Shown here piece by piece: positions 59,442 through 64,000 of a stretch of DNA of 64,000 bases (position 1 is the first letter of the stretch; each line of letters starts with the position of its first letter). Below the pieces are notes generated by a model. That model was not told the origin of the DNA, searched no databases, and saw only the letters and a list, made by a program, of their open reading frames with translations. The translations under genes and the position numbers were made by a program. This DNA is from the human T2T-CHM13v2.0 reference genome, Homo sapiens. The stretch lies in assembly GCF_009914755.1 (NCBI RefSeq), contig NC_060925.1. The stretch is one strand, 5' to 3'.

Positions 59442-61219
59442 TCAATTCAATTCAATACAGAAAATCTTTAGCTGCTGATCACAGCTATAAACGAGATGAG
59501 GAGGGTCCCTGTCCTCTTGGTGTTTCCAGTCTCCCAAAGAAGACAGACATGAAACAATGATGGTTACAGTTCAAGATGGAGGTACTATCTGAGCTTATGG
59601 CAAGGGGTTTTAATCTCATCCAAAGGGCCAAGGAATGCCTCTTTAAAGAAGAGAGAACAAATAAAAATCATTCATAATTCCATCACCTATAAATAACACT
59701 TTGATTTGGTGCTATTTTCTTTCAGTCTTTTCACTTGTACTTTCTTCAAATTCTTCCCTTGACCCCCAGGACACTACTCTCTGGATGCTCATTCTTCATA
59801 AAATGTGTCCCCTTCTATCCTAGAATTCCACGCCTCAGTATGTTTTCTGGAACATTGTTTACATGTGATATTAACATGCGGCATGGAGAAGGAGTCCCTA
59901 AAAAAGCAAGTTTAGGAATCACTGAGTTAGGATTAAGTAATCTTTCTAAGGGCAGCACTTTCAGAGCTCCTACAATGCTGTTGAGCACTGGGAACTTCTG
60001 ACAGCGGGGTGTGGTATTCATGCTCTCATTTGCTAAATGAATCGGATTTGTTATTTTTAAGAGGCATCTTGAAGGAACACACTTTAGGAAATGCTCTATG
60101 GCCCTGGGCATACTTAGGAGGTCTAGAGCTCATAACAGATCCCCACCACTTAAGAGTGTGAAGCTCGGACTCTGGATTTAGTGTAGGCAGCACACTGCAG
60201 ACAGTCAGGACTTTTTTAGTTGTCAGAGTCCAGCTTTGAGCTCTAGGCCTTGTTTAGGGTGGGGAACATGGGGTTTCCTAGTCCAATGAGTCAGCGCTAT
60301 CCTCCCCCAGTTCCCTGATGCAAACCGTGTGCACTGGAAGCTGCTGGGATGAACCAGTGCAGGTCTTGTGCCACAGGACCTTCTTTGATTCCGAGTTGGG
60401 GCTCCCAAGCCCCTTTTCCTTCGGAAAGGGACTAGTAATTTCTGATATCCGGAGAAAACTAATGTTTCCGCTGCAGTGGCGACACCTTGTGGTCAGAAAG
60501 GGGAATGCACAGGACGGTCATACGCTTCCCACCTTCCTCTGCTCCAGCTGTGGAGAGATTCCCCTCAAGAGAACCTCCTGTCTCACCAAGACGCTAATGT
60601 CACGTTGACAAGACCTAACGTTTCCGCATCCCCCCAACCCCTACCCAATCCTGTAGCTTGTCGACAAGCCCCTGCTGCCACCTCTCTCTCACAAAGGGCC
60701 CTCACGATCCTCCTTGGACTTGTCCCCACCCTTCACAACCGCCTCCCCTTAAGTGCTCCAGGCCCCAGAACTACCCCCTCCCCCACTTCCTTGATATCCA
60801 AATTCCTGTTTCTTCAGTGCATGAAACTCAGCTTCCTGGGACACAGCTTACAAAGTCTGTTCAGAGCTATTACACATGGGATCTCCTCTCATCCTCTTCA
60901 CAGCTTTTGGGGAATCCCAGTTTTTTTCAAAGGGCAGTACTAAGGGTCCGAGAGGCTGTGAGTGACTCACAGCTCCAAAGTGGAGAAGTCAGGACTTCTT
61001 GTTTCCTGATTCTGGATTCCCTGTTCTTTTCACTGCTAGCTTGTTTCCACTGAGGGTTTAGTCAAAGGAATGAATCTCTAATGTTGGAAATTGTCTTCAG
61101 ATGTAGGAGAGCAGAGGTACCCTCCTCTCCAAATCGTCCATGGTGGACTGAAATGTTTTAAAAGCCAGAAATAATTTGGGCTGACCCACAGAGGAAGAAG
61201 AATTAGCAGATTCTCTCTA

Positions 61220-61528
61220 TTTATTTTTTGTTTGTTTGTTTTGTGTTTTTAAGATAAGATCTGGCTCTAGTGCCCAGGCTGCAGTGGCACCATCTTGGCT
61301 CACTGCAACCTCTGCCTTCCAGGCCCAAGGATCTTCCCACCTCAGCCTCCCAAGTAGCTGGGACTACAGGCACACACCACCATGCCAGGCTAATTTTTGT
61401 ATTTTTGGTAGAGACAGGGTTTCACCATGTTGCCCAGGTGGGTCTCGAACTCCTGTACTCAAGCGATCCACCCGCCTCAGCTTCTCAAAGTGCTGGGATT
61501 ACAGGCATGAGCCACACTGCACCTGGCC
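61220..61528 (-). mobile_element. Alu (J-type)
   Basis: Antisense dimer. Confidence 0.9.
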
Positions 61529-62740
61529 AGAATTGGCAGATTCTCCAAGGCTCTGCAAAGCAGAGTGGAAACGAAGGCTTTGAGAACTCTGCCCTCACCC
61601 CGCAATGTCTCCAGATGCCAGGGCATGTTGTTATGGACATTAACCATATTCTTTTCTGTCACCTGCAGGTCCCCATTCTGACTCAGCAAATCTTAACTAG
61701 AGACAGGATAAAGCTTTCACAAATTAAAGCTTTCACAAATTAAAGAAGCAATTCTCTTTTCACCTCCTTTCCTGTCCTCAGGATTCTCCCTTTTGGATAA
61801 TGAAAGAACTAAGTTTTGGCTTCTAACAACCAGAAGAGTCTCCCTGTGGAGGCAGGAGAGAACTGCAGCTGGGCTGCCCCTTTGTGAGGCTCCTCAGAAG
61901 GTACCCGTGGCTTACAGGGCAAAGACGAACCTCCCTAGCGTAACGCACAGGCTCTTCATGATTTCTCATCACTGTGTTTCTTAACAAGAGTATCTCCCAC
62001 CATTCCTACACCTACACACGCACCCTACCCCTTAGCCACACCAGACAGTCATGATTCCTTCCTGTTCTCCATGCCAAGCCTCCTCATCCTTGAGGACCCA
62101 ACTCAAATAACAGCTAATAACACTTAGCATTAAATGAGTGCTTACTGCCTACCAGGCACTAGTCTCAATGCTTCACATCTACTTTTATTTAATCTTCACA
62201 ACCCTATGAAGTAAACACTAGCATTGTACCCATTTCATAGACATAGAACCTAAGGCACAAAGAAGCTGAGTCACTTGCCAAGGTCATACAGCTAACAAGT
62301 GTCCGAGCCAGGAGTCAAGCCCATGGCATGCTCTTAACCACTGTCGACTCCAATACCCACTCCTTGGAGAAACCTTCTTTGATCTTCTTATGCATCTTCT
62401 GTGTTACATCACCACTGGGTATAAAGCTATTATAGCATCTGCCACCTGTAACCTTCAGCTTTGGGTCTCCATATACACACTTTGCAGGAAAGAAGATCAG
62501 ACACTACCAGTGTCCACAGCACACCTACCATGACCATGGCTGGAGTCACTAGACTATTCATAGGCCAGAGAGAGGAGGCCACAGAGCCCCCGGGGAGCTG
62601 CCAGGTGGTTTCAACAAAAATTCCAGACACACTCGATAAAAAGTTGCCAACCAGAAATACGTAAACACAACTGGAAGCTTGTTGAAAACCTACATTACAT
62701 TGACCTATTTTAAGTTAGGTCGAGTGGATTCTACTAACTG

Positions 62741-63778
<1,038 letters not shown>

Positions 63779-64000
63779 TAGGATTTTTATATAGCTCTTT
63801 CTTTTTTTTTTTTTTTTTTTTTCAGTTTCCTGACTGAAAGGTCCAATACCAAGCTGCCCAGTACAAAACTGGTCTCCTGGCAACTATAGCTGAATCCACC
63901 ATCGCCTCCCCTAAGAAGGTGGGACCCTTACAGCAACATGGTGCTGTCGTTGTGTGGAGCCATAAAACGGTGGTGTGTCTGGGGCAGCGGGGGTCCGTGA

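Overview
Primate, almost certainly human, genomic DNA from the MAEL-GPA33 locus (1q24, recognised from the encoded peptides). The + strand carries the last seven exons of MAEL (maelstrom, piRNA pathway; exons 6-12 by my count, 4016-~22040). The - strand carries the last three exons of GPA33 (A33 antigen; exons 5-7, ~52675-55685). The two genes converge across a ~30 kb repeat-rich spacer. All splice junctions are GT-AG and phase-consistent. Non-coding content includes Tigger1, L1PB/L1MA/L1M, L2, MIR, MER20, MaLR and ERV1 LTRs, many Alus, a full-length SVA with target-site duplication (TSD), 5S rRNA and U13 snoRNA retrocopies, and a ~2 kb complex (TG)-rich VNTR. The most unusual structure is in MAEL intron 8: a probable fossil R4/Dong-clade LINE, 193 bp of which has been copied in inverted orientation onto the broken 3' end of an Alu 1.26 kb away, giving a ~93% identical potential dsRNA stem in the pre-mRNA of a transposon-silencing gene. 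Also notable are a triplicated target site shared by an Alu and a U13 retrocopy, a 28-bp-stem hairpin in an old L1, and an orphan CpG/CRE/ETS/MYB promoter-like element. Repeat family names and many boundaries are from visual recognition and are approximate.
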